Assembly (NCBI RefSeq): GCF_017348835.2
Contig: NZ_CP071375.1
Strand: one strand, 5' to 3'
Length of the DNA stretch: 64,000 bases
DNA from: Escherichia coli
GTDB taxonomy: Bacteria > Pseudomonadota > Gammaproteobacteria > Enterobacterales > Enterobacteriaceae
A model generated the notes under the pieces. It was not told the DNA's origin and did not search any database. It saw nothing but the letters and a program-made list of their open reading frames with translations. This document shows, piece after piece, positions 1-9,531 of the stretch (position 1 is its first letter; every line of letters starts with the position of its first letter). Position numbers and translations under genes: made by a program.

Positions 1-474
1 TCTCTCACCAGGCTCAACTTTACCGCGCCGGTGCGAGGCATTGTTCAGGATATTGATGTCACCACGGTTGGCGGCGTCATCGCCCCCGGTGGTAAACTGA
101 TGACCATCGTGCCGCTGGATGAGCAACTGCTGATTGAGGCAAAAATCTCCCCGCGCGATGTGGCGTTTATCCATCCGGGGCAAAAATCGCTGGTAAAAAT
201 AACTGCCTACGATTACTCCATCTACGGCGGCCTGCCGGGAGAAGTAGCGGTGATATCACCAGACACCGTGCAGGATGAAGTGCGGCGCGATGTTTATTAC
301 TATCGGGTGTACATTCGCACTTTCAGCAACCATCTGGAAAACAAAAGCAAACAGCAGTTTCCGATATTTCCCGGTATGGTGGCGACGGTCGATATCCGCA
401 CCGGCAAAAAAAGCGTGCTGGATTATCTGTTGAAACCCTTTAATAAAGCACAGGAGGCGTTGCGCGAACGATGA
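1..474 (+). CDS. HlyD-family type I secretion membrane-fusion protein, C-terminal fragment (5' end outside window)
   Basis: The frame of ORF 31..474 stays open back to base 1. The C-terminal sequence ([39 protein letters not shown]) is typical of HlyD/CvaA adaptors. The stop TGA overlaps the cueR ATG (ATGA at 471-474). K-12 does not have this gene here (memory). Confidence 0.8.
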   Translation, partial: SLTRLNFTAPVRGIVQDIDVTTVGGVIAPGGKLMTIVPLDEQLLIEAKISPRDVAFIHPGQKSLVKITAYDYSIYGGLPGEVAVISPDTVQDEVRRDVYYYRVYIRTFSNHLENKSKQQFPIFPGMVATVDIRTGKKSVLDYLLKPFNKAQEALRER

Positions 475-878
475 ACATTAGCGATGTAGCAAAAATTACC
501 GGCCTGACCAGCAAAGCCATTCGCTTCTATGAAGAGAAGGGGCTGGTGACGCCGCCGATGCGCAGCGAAAATGGTTATCGAACCTACACGCAGCAGCATC
601 TCAACGAATTGACCTTACTGCGCCAGGCGCGCCAGGTGGGCTTTAACCTGGAAGAGAGCGGCGAGCTGGTGAATCTGTTTAACGACCCGCAGCGTCACAG
701 TGCCGACGTCAAACGTCGCACGCTGGAGAAGGTGGCGGAGATTGAACGGCATATCGAAGAACTGCAATCTATGCGCAACCAGCTACTGGCGCTGGCGAAT
801 GCCTGCCCCGGTGATGACAGCGCCGACTGCCCGATTATCGAAAATCTCTCCGGCTGCTGTCATCATCGGGCGGGGTGA
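471..878 (+). CDS. cueR: Cu(I)-responsive MerR-family regulator CueR
   Basis: 135 aa. N-terminal MerR HTH ([25 protein letters not shown]) and C-terminal [10 protein letters not shown] metal loop. Matches remembered K-12 CueR. Confidence 0.95.
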   Translation: MNISDVAKITGLTSKAIRFYEEKGLVTPPMRSENGYRTYTQQHLNELTLLRQARQVGFNLEESGELVNLFNDPQRHSADVKRRTLEKVAEIERHIEELQSMRNQLLALANACPGDDSADCPIIENLSGCCHHRAG

Positions 879-881
879 AAA

Positions 882-1085
882 TCAGTTAATCCCCGTTTGC
901 ACCGAAAGAATATGCTGCAAACTTTCTACCATAATGCGCCCCGACTGAAATAAGCCTTCCTGGATTTCGTTGTTAACATTCACAGCGTGAACCAGGGAGG
1001 CTAATAATACTACTTGCAAGAAGGCAAAAATAAACGCACCGATAATCATAATATGCGTCAGGGGTATTTTCCTTTGCTCCTTCAT
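882..1085 (-). CDS. hypothetical small single-pass membrane protein (67 aa)
   Basis: ORF with one hydrophobic helix (IMIIGAFIFAFLQVVLLASLV). It overlaps the upstream lipoprotein gene by 4 nt, suggesting an operon. No recognised family. Confidence 0.5.
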   Translation of the reverse strand: MKEQRKIPLTHIMIIGAFIFAFLQVVLLASLVHAVNVNNEIQEGLFQSGRIMVESLQHILSVQTGIN

Positions 1086-1504
1086 TTTAAATAACCCACA
1101 AACTGGCCTTCTTTCATTAAGGCGACTTTTCCTGTGTGATGATAAACAATGACGTTATACAGACCTGACTGATAAACAGTGGCATCTTTATTGTCTTCAT
1201 CAATTGCACATAATGAATCATTGAGATAAGCGAAGTTTTTACTGCTCATTCTAAAGGTCATGCCAAATCCTTTATAAATGGCTTTCTTTGCCGCCTGGGC
1301 ATGTTGTGCGGCTTCTGCATTTTTAAATGCCTGCGCTTCGGAAACACTTAAAATAGCCGTCTGGCGCTGCTGTTCTGCGAGATAACAGGTGTCATGGCTG
1401 ACGCCCTGCGCCTGGCAATCTGCGATGCGGGAAGCGGGTGAGCTACAGCCAGCCAGTAATATAACCGCCAGCAGGGAAAACGATTTAATGGAGCTATTCA
1501 TCAT
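1082..1504 (-). CDS. hypothetical lipoprotein (140 aa)
   Basis: Signal peptide plus lipobox LLAGC|SS at the N-terminus. Lies immediately downstream of the adhesin-like gene on the same strand. Confidence 0.65.
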   Translation of the reverse strand: MMNSSIKSFSLLAVILLAGCSSPASRIADCQAQGVSHDTCYLAEQQRQTAILSVSEAQAFKNAEAAQHAQAAKKAIYKGFGMTFRMSSKNFAYLNDSLCAIDEDNKDATVYQSGLYNVIVYHHTGKVALMKEGQFVGYLK

Positions 1505-1589
1505 TGTTAACCTTAAATAATGTACAAATTAATGAAGAGGTGAAAACCGGCAAGCTTCCTTGCTCTTATTTATATTGAGGATTGAAATA

Positions 1590-2606
1590 TTAGAACGAAT
1601 ATCCCACGCCGACACCCGCGCCGAAATCAGATTGTGTATCCGCAGAGACACCGGCTTTAATCACGGTATGCGTTCCGGCATTAAAAGATGTTCCGACAGA
1701 CACCGCAGATTCACCGTTGAAGGTTCCCGCTCCCGCTGACACCATCATTAAGTCACCGGTTTTCACCTGTGGTTGTGAGGCGATAGCGATGGCAGATGCA
1801 GTTCCCGCATTGGCTTCTTTACGATTGTCATCAACTTCGTTTTTCAGCGAATCGAAATGGTTATTGAGCGTGTTAATTTGCTGGCTGTTATCAGCGACCC
1901 GGTTTTGGGTGTTGGTTAACTGTTGCTGCGTTTGGGTTACGTCTTGTGACAGGCTGTCAATTTGTTCATGTGCCTGGGCAGACTCCTGCGCCAGACTTTG
2001 CATTTGTTTATCGTATTGAGTCCTTTCATTTTGCTGTTGTACTGCCACATCGGTTGTCAGCGCATTCATTTTCTGCCCTTGTTCAGTGGCGGTGCGCTGA
2101 TTAGCCTCATTTTGAGCCGCCAGTCTGGCATTAATCATTTCCTGATAATGCGCGGTATTTTGCGTATCTCCAGTCGCGGCGAGCGTTTTTTGTGTGGCTA
2201 CGATCTGCGCCTGTTGCTCTGTAATTTGCGTTTGCTGGGCGTCAGTTACCGCAGACTGTCGGGCGTTGATCATGCTCTGATAACGGGCAGTTGTCTGTAC
2301 ATCACCTGTAGCGGCAACGGTTTTTTGTCCTGCGTCAGGATCTGTCTGGACAGTGGGAGTCTGAGTGGTATCAGGTGTTTCAGAAGGGATGTAGTGATGT
2401 TCAGTCAAATAGGTATACGCAGCGGGGCTGTTGTCTGTGCGTTCTAAAAAGCGGGTAATCTTCTGCTCAATCTCCGATTGCGACATGCCAGAGTTAATGG
2501 CTGAAAGCTCTGTTGCCGCCGCTTCAATGGTATCACCAGCTAAAACAACAGGGCTGGATGTTGCTGAAATTATGAGTGCCAGTAAAGCTACGTTTACAGT
2601 TTTCAT
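1590..2606 (-). CDS. short trimeric-autotransporter-like adhesin (YadA-type C-terminal membrane anchor, coiled-coil stalk)
   Basis: 338 aa. Signal peptide, then a Q/T/A-rich heptad-like stalk with an internal 45-aa repeat. C-terminus (LMMVSAGAGTFNGESAVSVGTSFN...GAGVGVGYSF) resembles the four-strand YadA anchor and ends in an aromatic residue. Confidence 0.7.
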   Translation of the reverse strand: MKTVNVALLALIISATSSPVVLAGDTIEAAATELSAINSGMSQSEIEQKITRFLERTDNSPAAYTYLTEHHYIPSETPDTTQTPTVQTDPDAGQKTVAATGDVQTTARYQSMINARQSAVTDAQQTQITEQQAQIVATQKTLAATGDTQNTAHYQEMINARLAAQNEANQRTATEQGQKMNALTTDVAVQQQNERTQYDKQMQSLAQESAQAHEQIDSLSQDVTQTQQQLTNTQNRVADNSQQINTLNNHFDSLKNEVDDNRKEANAGTASAIAIASQPQVKTGDLMMVSAGAGTFNGESAVSVGTSFNAGTHTVIKAGVSADTQSDFGAGVGVGYSF

Positions 2607-2972
2607 TCATTTTCTCTTGTTCAAAATAAGTTGTATTAATGTTTCTATAAGAAACAAATAATATTGTTTTAAGAAATAAACTGCGTTGCAATTTGATCGA
2701 AATCTACGCCGCCATTTGTGTGATGTAAAGCGCATTTTTGTCTGGTGTAAGCGTAAACACCACCAATAAGAAACCAAAATGGTTTCTTATATAAATAAAA
2801 AAGGAAATTATTTCGTGCTCTTTCAATGTAAAAAAGAGTAAGGACTTGTTTTGATAAGCGAAATAAATTCTGTTTCTGGACTAAACGTGAAGCGGTTCCT
2901 GATGTGTGCTAAAATGCGTTTCTTTGATAAATCTCAATTTTTAAGAGGTTTACGCCAGGCAGGAAAATTTAA

Positions 2973-3335
2973 ATGAATGAATTTGAGAAGATTTTTAATG
3001 AAATGAATCTGGACCGGGCATTGCTACCGATCCTTTTTCGTTCGAACCGGTCGACAGTGTGGAAGTATTTAAGCGGTGATAGTACGGCTCCTGCCTCTGC
3101 CATGTCGCTGATTATGCTGTTGCAGTTGATACAGAAACGAAACCCCGATCTGTTAGCCGAATGGTTAACGCTTTCTGATTTCACCATTCCGCCAGAAGTT
3201 TACCTGGACCAGCCTGATTACTGGAAAGGGTGGGTGTATACCCAACACAAGGTCAATAAAAACGTCCTGGAATATCTAAAAAAACACTATCCGGATGAAG
3301 ACCAAAAAAGTATGAGTAAAGGCCGGGAAGAGTAA
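2973..3335 (+). CDS. hypothetical small HTH-like protein (120 aa)
   Basis: ORF preceded by an AT-rich 360-bp spacer. The segment RSTVWKYLSGDSTAPASAMSLI looks like a Cro/C1-type helix-turn-helix. Family not recognised. Confidence 0.5.
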   Translation: MNEFEKIFNEMNLDRALLPILFRSNRSTVWKYLSGDSTAPASAMSLIMLLQLIQKRNPDLLAEWLTLSDFTIPPEVYLDQPDYWKGWVYTQHKVNKNVLEYLKKHYPDEDQKSMSKGREE

Positions 3336-3370
3336 ATTGCCAATGCCAGTTAACATTTAACATGGCGGAG

Positions 3371-3512
<142 letters not shown>

Positions 3513-3518
<6 letters not shown>

Positions 3519-3971
3519 GATGACCGCACGGATGATCAGCGTTATCCCTTCTATCGCAATGACTTCAACATGCGTACCTGCACCGAGATCCTCGCTGGCG
3601 CTGACAGGCCATGAACTGTCACCGACGCGCATATGACCGCGCCCGTTGACCAGCGGAGATTCCAGCACAAAACGTCGGCCAATAAGCTGCTGCCCGCGCT
3701 GGTTTAAATGACTGTCGCTGTGCTTTTGTTCGCGCACCCGCCGCGACAACCATTTCCACCACAGCCAGGCGGCGAGCAGCGTCAGGACGGCAAACATCAC
3801 CCCTTGCCACTCCCAACCCAGCGGCACCAGCCAGACCACCAGGCCGGTAATCACCGCTGCCACGCCGCTCCACAACAAATAACCATTTCCGCCCAGCATC
3901 TCGGCTGCCAGCAGCAAACCGCCGAGACTGAGCCAGAAAATATGTGGATGAACGACCATTAACTCCATCAT
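3513..3971 (-). CDS. ybbJ: NfeD-family inner-membrane protein YbbJ
   Basis: 152 aa. N-terminal TM helices plus C-terminal OB-like NfeD domain. 4-nt overlap with qmcA. K-12 synteny. Confidence 0.9.
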
Positions 3972-4885
3972 GGCTGAGTCCGCTTGTTGGCGCTGTCTTT
4001 CACCAGCTCGGCAATCCCGGCAATCGACCCCATCAGGCTGCTGGCCTCTAATGGCATCATCACTACTTTGCTGTTACTGGACGAACCGATCTGCTGTAAC
4101 GCTTCGGTGTATTTCTGCGCTACGAAGTAGTTCACCGCCTGAATATCACCTGAGGCGATGGCTTCAGACACCATTTTGGTGGCGCGGGCTTCTGCTTCAG
4201 CGGAACGTTCACGCGCTTCAGCCTGTAAAAACGCCGACTGACGTTCGCCTTCCGCTTTCAGGATTTGCGACTGTTTTTCACCTTCGGCTTTGAGGATTTC
4301 TGCCTGACGGATCCCTTCCGCTTCAAGAATGTAAGCGCGTTTGGTACGTTCCGCTTTCATCTGCGCGTTCATTGAAGAGATAAGCTCTGCCGGTGGGCGC
4401 ACGTCGCGAATTTCAATACGGGTGACTTTAATCCCCCACGGGTTAGTGGCTTCATCGACAATACGCAGCAGGCGTGAGTTGATGCTGTCGCGCTGAGAGA
4501 GCATTTCGTCAAGTTCCATTGAACCCAGCACGGTACGGATGTTAGTCATGGTCAGGTTGATGATCGCCAGCTCCAGATTGCTGACTTCATAAGCCGCGCG
4601 CGGCGCATCAATCACCTGAATAAAACAGACTGCGTCGATGGTAACGTTGGCGTTATCTTTCGAGATAACTTCCTGGGAAGGGATATCGAGCACTTGCTCC
4701 ATCATATTGATCTTGCGACCAATGCGATCCATAAACGGCACCACCAGACTGAGCCCCGGCTGTAACGTTTTGGTATAGCGACCAAAACGTTCTACCGTCC
4801 ATTGATAGCCCTGCGGCACGATTTTGACGCCCGCGCCGACAATGACCAGCGCGACAAAAATGAGAATCGGGATAAAGATAAGCAT
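3968..4885 (-). CDS. qmcA: SPFH/stomatin-family protein QmcA
   Basis: 305 aa. N-terminal TM, SPFH domain and a coiled-coil repeat ([29 protein letters not shown]). K-12 synteny. Confidence 0.93.
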   Translation of the reverse strand: MLIFIPILIFVALVIVGAGVKIVPQGYQWTVERFGRYTKTLQPGLSLVVPFMDRIGRKINMMEQVLDIPSQEVISKDNANVTIDAVCFIQVIDAPRAAYEVSNLELAIINLTMTNIRTVLGSMELDEMLSQRDSINSRLLRIVDEATNPWGIKVTRIEIRDVRPPAELISSMNAQMKAERTKRAYILEAEGIRQAEILKAEGEKQSQILKAEGERQSAFLQAEARERSAEAEARATKMVSEAIASGDIQAVNYFVAQKYTEALQQIGSSSNSKVVMMPLEASSLMGSIAGIAELVKDSANKRTQP

Positions 4886-5030
4886 CGGAAAAACCTCCTG
4901 TTGTACCGTCCATAATCAGCAAAATTGCTGCTTGATTAAACAAATTATACCTGATTACTGAAAGAGAGTTCCCCCTTATTCCTGCGAAGGATAAACTGTT
5001 TTTAGTAAAAATCAGAAAAAGGGAACAGCG

Positions 5031-5708
5031 ATGCAGGAAAATAGTCCTTTGCTTCAGCTACAAAACGTAGGATATCTGGCGGGTGATGCGAAGATTCTTA
5101 ATAACATCAATTTTTCGCTGCGTGCTGGCGAATTTAAGTTAATTACCGGTCCTTCTGGTTGTGGCAAAAGTACGCTGCTAAAAATAGTTGCTTCATTGAT
5201 CAGCCCAACCAGCGGAACGTTACTGTTTGAAGGTGAGGATGTCAGCACACTAAAGCCAGAAATCTACCGCCAACAAGTCTCTTACTGCGCCCAGACACCG
5301 ACGCTGTTTGGCGATACGGTATACGATAATCTGATCTTTCCCTGGCAGATCCGTAACCGGCAGCCTGACCCAGCCATTTTTCTCGATTTTCTCGAACGCT
5401 TCGCTTTGCCGGACAGCATTTTGACGAAGAATATCGCCGAGCTATCTGGTGGTGAAAAACAACGCATCTCATTGATTCGTAACCTGCAATTTATGCCGAA
5501 GGTTTTATTGCTGGATGAAATAACCAGTGCGCTGGATGAAAGTAATAAACATAACGTCAATGAGATGATCCATCGTTATGTGCGCGAGCAAAATATTGCC
5601 GTGCTGTGGGTGACACACGATAAAGACGAAATTAATCATGCGGATAAAGTGATTACACTGCAACCGCATGCCGGAGAAATGCAGGAAGCACGCTATGAAC
5701 TCGCATAA
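5031..5708 (+). CDS. fetA: iron-export ABC transporter ATPase FetA (YbbL)
   Basis: 225 aa. Walker A GPSGCGKST, signature LSGGEKQR, Walker B LLLDE. Confidence 0.93.
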   Translation: MQENSPLLQLQNVGYLAGDAKILNNINFSLRAGEFKLITGPSGCGKSTLLKIVASLISPTSGTLLFEGEDVSTLKPEIYRQQVSYCAQTPTLFGDTVYDNLIFPWQIRNRQPDPAIFLDFLERFALPDSILTKNIAELSGGEKQRISLIRNLQFMPKVLLLDEITSALDESNKHNVNEMIHRYVREQNIAVLWVTHDKDEINHADKVITLQPHAGEMQEARYELA

Positions 5709-6474
5709 TATTACTAACGAATCATTAGCACTGGCATTAATGCTGGTGGTGGTGGCAATCTTAATTAGCCATAAAGAAAAACTGGCGCTGGAGAAAGATA
5801 TTCTCTGGAGCGTCGGGCGCGCGATAATTCAGCTGATTATTGTTGGCTATGTGCTGAAGTATATTTTCAGCGTGGATGATGCCAGCCTGACATTATTGAT
5901 GGTGTTATTTATCTGCTTTAATGCGGCGTGGAACGCGCAAAAACGCAGTAAATATATTGCTAAAGCTTTTATCTCATCGTTTATTGCCATTACGGTCGGG
6001 GCGGGAATTACCCTGGCGGTGCTGATTCTCTCAGGGTCGATTGAATTTATCCCGATGCAGGTGATCCCTATCGCCGGGATGATTGCCGGTAACGCCATGG
6101 TAGCGGTGGGGTTGTGTTACAACAATTTAGGGCAACGGGTCATTAGCGAACAGCAACAGATTCAGGAGAAACTGAGTCTTGGCGCGACGCCGAAGCAGGC
6201 TTCAGCGATATTGATTCGCGACAGTATTCGCGCGGCTTTAATTCCGACGGTCGATTCAGCAAAAACGGTTGGCTTAGTGAGTTTACCAGGAATGATGTCC
6301 GGGCTGATATTTGCCGGGATTGATCCGGTGAAGGCGATTAAATATCAGATTATGGTGACCTTTATGCTGCTCTCAACCGCCAGCTTGTCGACCATTATTG
6401 CCTGCTATTTAACCTATCGTAAGTTTTATAATTCGCGCCACCAGTTGGTGGTGACGCAATTGAAGAAGAAATGA
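5695..6474 (+). CDS. fetB: iron-export ABC transporter permease FetB (YbbM)
   Basis: Polytopic membrane protein. Start placed at internal ATG 5695 (MNSHNITNESL) to give the 259-aa K-12 length. Overlaps the fetA end. Confidence 0.9.
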   Translation: MNSHNITNESLALALMLVVVAILISHKEKLALEKDILWSVGRAIIQLIIVGYVLKYIFSVDDASLTLLMVLFICFNAAWNAQKRSKYIAKAFISSFIAITVGAGITLAVLILSGSIEFIPMQVIPIAGMIAGNAMVAVGLCYNNLGQRVISEQQQIQEKLSLGATPKQASAILIRDSIRAALIPTVDSAKTVGLVSLPGMMSGLIFAGIDPVKAIKYQIMVTFMLLSTASLSTIIACYLTYRKFYNSRHQLVVTQLKKK

Positions 6475-6480
6475 TGCGAT

Positions 6481-6506
6481 GCCGGATGCGCAGCATCGCA
6501 TCCGGC
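6481..6506. terminator. REP-like GC hairpin between convergent fetB and cnoX
   Basis: gccggatgcg / cgcatccggc form a 10-bp stem with a 6-nt loop. Confidence 0.6.
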
Positions 6507-6536
6507 GTTGTGGTTCATGTGCCGATCAACGGAATA

Positions 6537-7433
<897 letters not shown>

Positions 7434-7451
7434 TTAAGCGCGCGCTTCAAC

Positions 7452-8261
7452 TCACCCCTGCAATATTTTGTCCATCACGCGCCCCGGCAGCAGGCGCTTA
7501 AGCACCATTACTGCCCAGGTCACCAGCGTTACCGGATAGCGCATCTTCGGCTTCTCGCTAATAAAAGCATGGCGTACTTTGTCCACCACCGCTTCCGGTC
7601 CCAACGTAAAGCGGGCGGCGATGCCGGGATTTTCGACTGGTTTATCACTTTGCGTCTGGTTGACGTTGTCGGTGAAGCGAGTACGAATGGGACCGGGTTC
7701 GATCAGGCTGACTTTAATTCCGCTGTGGCGTAGCTCCATGCGCAACGCGTCTGACCACGCCTCCAGCGCATATTTACTGGCCGCGTAAGCGCCACGACCC
7801 GGCGTGGAGATTAATCCCATCACCGATGATGTCATCACAATACGCCCTTCACCGTGCGGTAACATCGCAGGTAACAGGCGCATGGTGAGCTGGTGTGCGC
7901 CGAAAAAGTTGGCGGAAAACTGCTGTTCCATCTGCGCACGGCTGATGGTGGAAAGGGGGCCATACATGCCGAATCCGGCATTGTTAAAGATCCCATACAG
8001 ACAATTATCGGTCAGGGCGATCACCTCGTCGGCTGCGCGATCAACACTTTCTGGTGAATCCAGATCGATCAACACGCCGGTAAATCCCATGCTGTTCATG
8101 CGCTCAACATCATCCGGTTTCCGGCAACCTGCCAGCACATGAAAACCCTGGCGTTTTAATTCGAGCGCGCTTTCCAGGCCAATTCCACTGGAACATCCGG
8201 TAATTAAGACCGATTTTTGCATAACTTTACCTGTCAGGATCTCCGTTGCTTTATGAGTCAT
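7452..8261 (-). CDS. ybbO: short-chain dehydrogenase/reductase YbbO
   Basis: 269 aa. TGCSSGIG Rossmann motif and YAASK catalytic motif. Confidence 0.93.
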   Translation of the reverse strand: MTHKATEILTGKVMQKSVLITGCSSGIGLESALELKRQGFHVLAGCRKPDDVERMNSMGFTGVLIDLDSPESVDRAADEVIALTDNCLYGIFNNAGFGMYGPLSTISRAQMEQQFSANFFGAHQLTMRLLPAMLPHGEGRIVMTSSVMGLISTPGRGAYAASKYALEAWSDALRMELRHSGIKVSLIEPGPIRTRFTDNVNQTQSDKPVENPGIAARFTLGPEAVVDKVRHAFISEKPKMRYPVTLVTWAVMVLKRLLPGRVMDKILQG

Positions 8262-8877
8262 GATTTACTAAAGGCTGCAACTGCTTCGCCATCCAGTCGG
8301 CAATAAACGGCTGGGCGTCGCGGTTGGGATGAATACCGTCATCCTGCATCCATTGTGGCTTGAGGTAGACCTCTTCCATAAAAAAGGGCAGCAGCGGAAC
8401 ATCAAACTCTTTGGCGAGTTTGGGGTAAATGGCGCTAAAGGCTTCATTATAACGGCGACCATAGTTTGCAGGCAGACGTATTTGCATTAACAATGGTTCA
8501 GCGTTGGCGGCTTTGACATCCTGCAAAATCTGGCGCAGCGTTTGCTCGGTTTGCTGTGGCTGAAAACCACGCAAACCGTCATTGCCGCCCAGTTCAACCA
8601 GCACCCAGCGCGGCTGATGCTGTTTCAGCAGAGCCGGAAGGCGCGCCAGCCCTTGTTGCGAGGTGTCGCCGCTGATGCTGGCATTAACTACCGACGTTTT
8701 ACTCTGCCACTTATCATTCAACAAGGCAGGCCAGGCCGCGCTGGCAGACATTCGATACCCGGCGCTCAGGCTATCACCCAGAATCAATAACGTGTCCGCT
8801 GCGGCGGCACGGAAGGTTAACAGGACCAGGAACAGGAAGGGCAAATGCCAGCGGAAAACATTGTTGAAGTTCATCAT
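8251..8877 (-). CDS. tesA: periplasmic acyl-CoA thioesterase I / lysophospholipase L1 TesA
   Basis: Start at MMNFNNVFRW gives 208 aa. SGNH hydrolase block GDSLSAGY. The 5' end overlaps the divergent ybbA by 33 bp, as remembered for K-12. Confidence 0.93.
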   Translation of the reverse strand: MMNFNNVFRWHLPFLFLVLLTFRAAAADTLLILGDSLSAGYRMSASAAWPALLNDKWQSKTSVVNASISGDTSQQGLARLPALLKQHQPRWVLVELGGNDGLRGFQPQQTEQTLRQILQDVKAANAEPLLMQIRLPANYGRRYNEAFSAIYPKLAKEFDVPLLPFFMEEVYLKPQWMQDDGIHPNRDAQPFIADWMAKQLQPLVNHDS

Positions 8878-9531
8878 CTTAAGAAGTCCGTCGGTCAGGG
8901 GGAGCATGAACTCTCCATCCTCACCGGAGTTGAGCTGGTTGTCAAACGTGGCGAGATCATCGCACTGGTGGGCGAGTCGGGATCGGGTAAGTCAACCTTG
9001 CTGGCGATCCTCGCCGGGCTGGATGACGGCAGCAGTGGCGAAGTGAGTCTGGTGGGACAACCGCTACATAATATGGACGAAGAAGCGCGGGCAAAGTTGC
9101 GCGCGAAGCACGTCGGCTTTGTTTTTCAGTCATTTATGTTAATTCCTACCCTTAACGCGCTGGAAAACGTCGAGCTTCCGGCGCTGCTTCGCGGTGAGAG
9201 TAGCGCGGAAAGTCGTAACGGAGCGAAAGCGTTGCTCGAACAGTTAGGGCTGGGTAAACGTCTTGATCATCTTCCGGCACAGCTTTCCGGCGGTGAACAG
9301 CAACGAGTGGCGCTGGCCCGAGCCTTTAACGGTAGACCTGATGTGCTGTTTGCCGACGAACCCACCGGCAACCTTGACCGCCAGACCGGCGATAAAATTG
9401 CCGACCTGCTGTTTTCCCTCAACCGTGAGCATGGCACCACGTTGATAATGGTGACCCACGACCTGCAACTGGCGGCACGCTGCGACCGCTGCTTACGGCT
9501 GGTGAACGGGCAGTTGCAGGAGGAAGCATGA
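8845..9531 (+). CDS. ybbA: ABC transporter ATPase YbbA
   Basis: 228 aa. GESGSGKST Walker A, LSGGEQQR signature. LolD/MacB-type ATPase. Confidence 0.93.
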   Translation: MPAENIVEVHHLKKSVGQGEHELSILTGVELVVKRGEIIALVGESGSGKSTLLAILAGLDDGSSGEVSLVGQPLHNMDEEARAKLRAKHVGFVFQSFMLIPTLNALENVELPALLRGESSAESRNGAKALLEQLGLGKRLDHLPAQLSGGEQQRVALARAFNGRPDVLFADEPTGNLDRQTGDKIADLLFSLNREHGTTLIMVTHDLQLAARCDRCLRLVNGQLQEEA

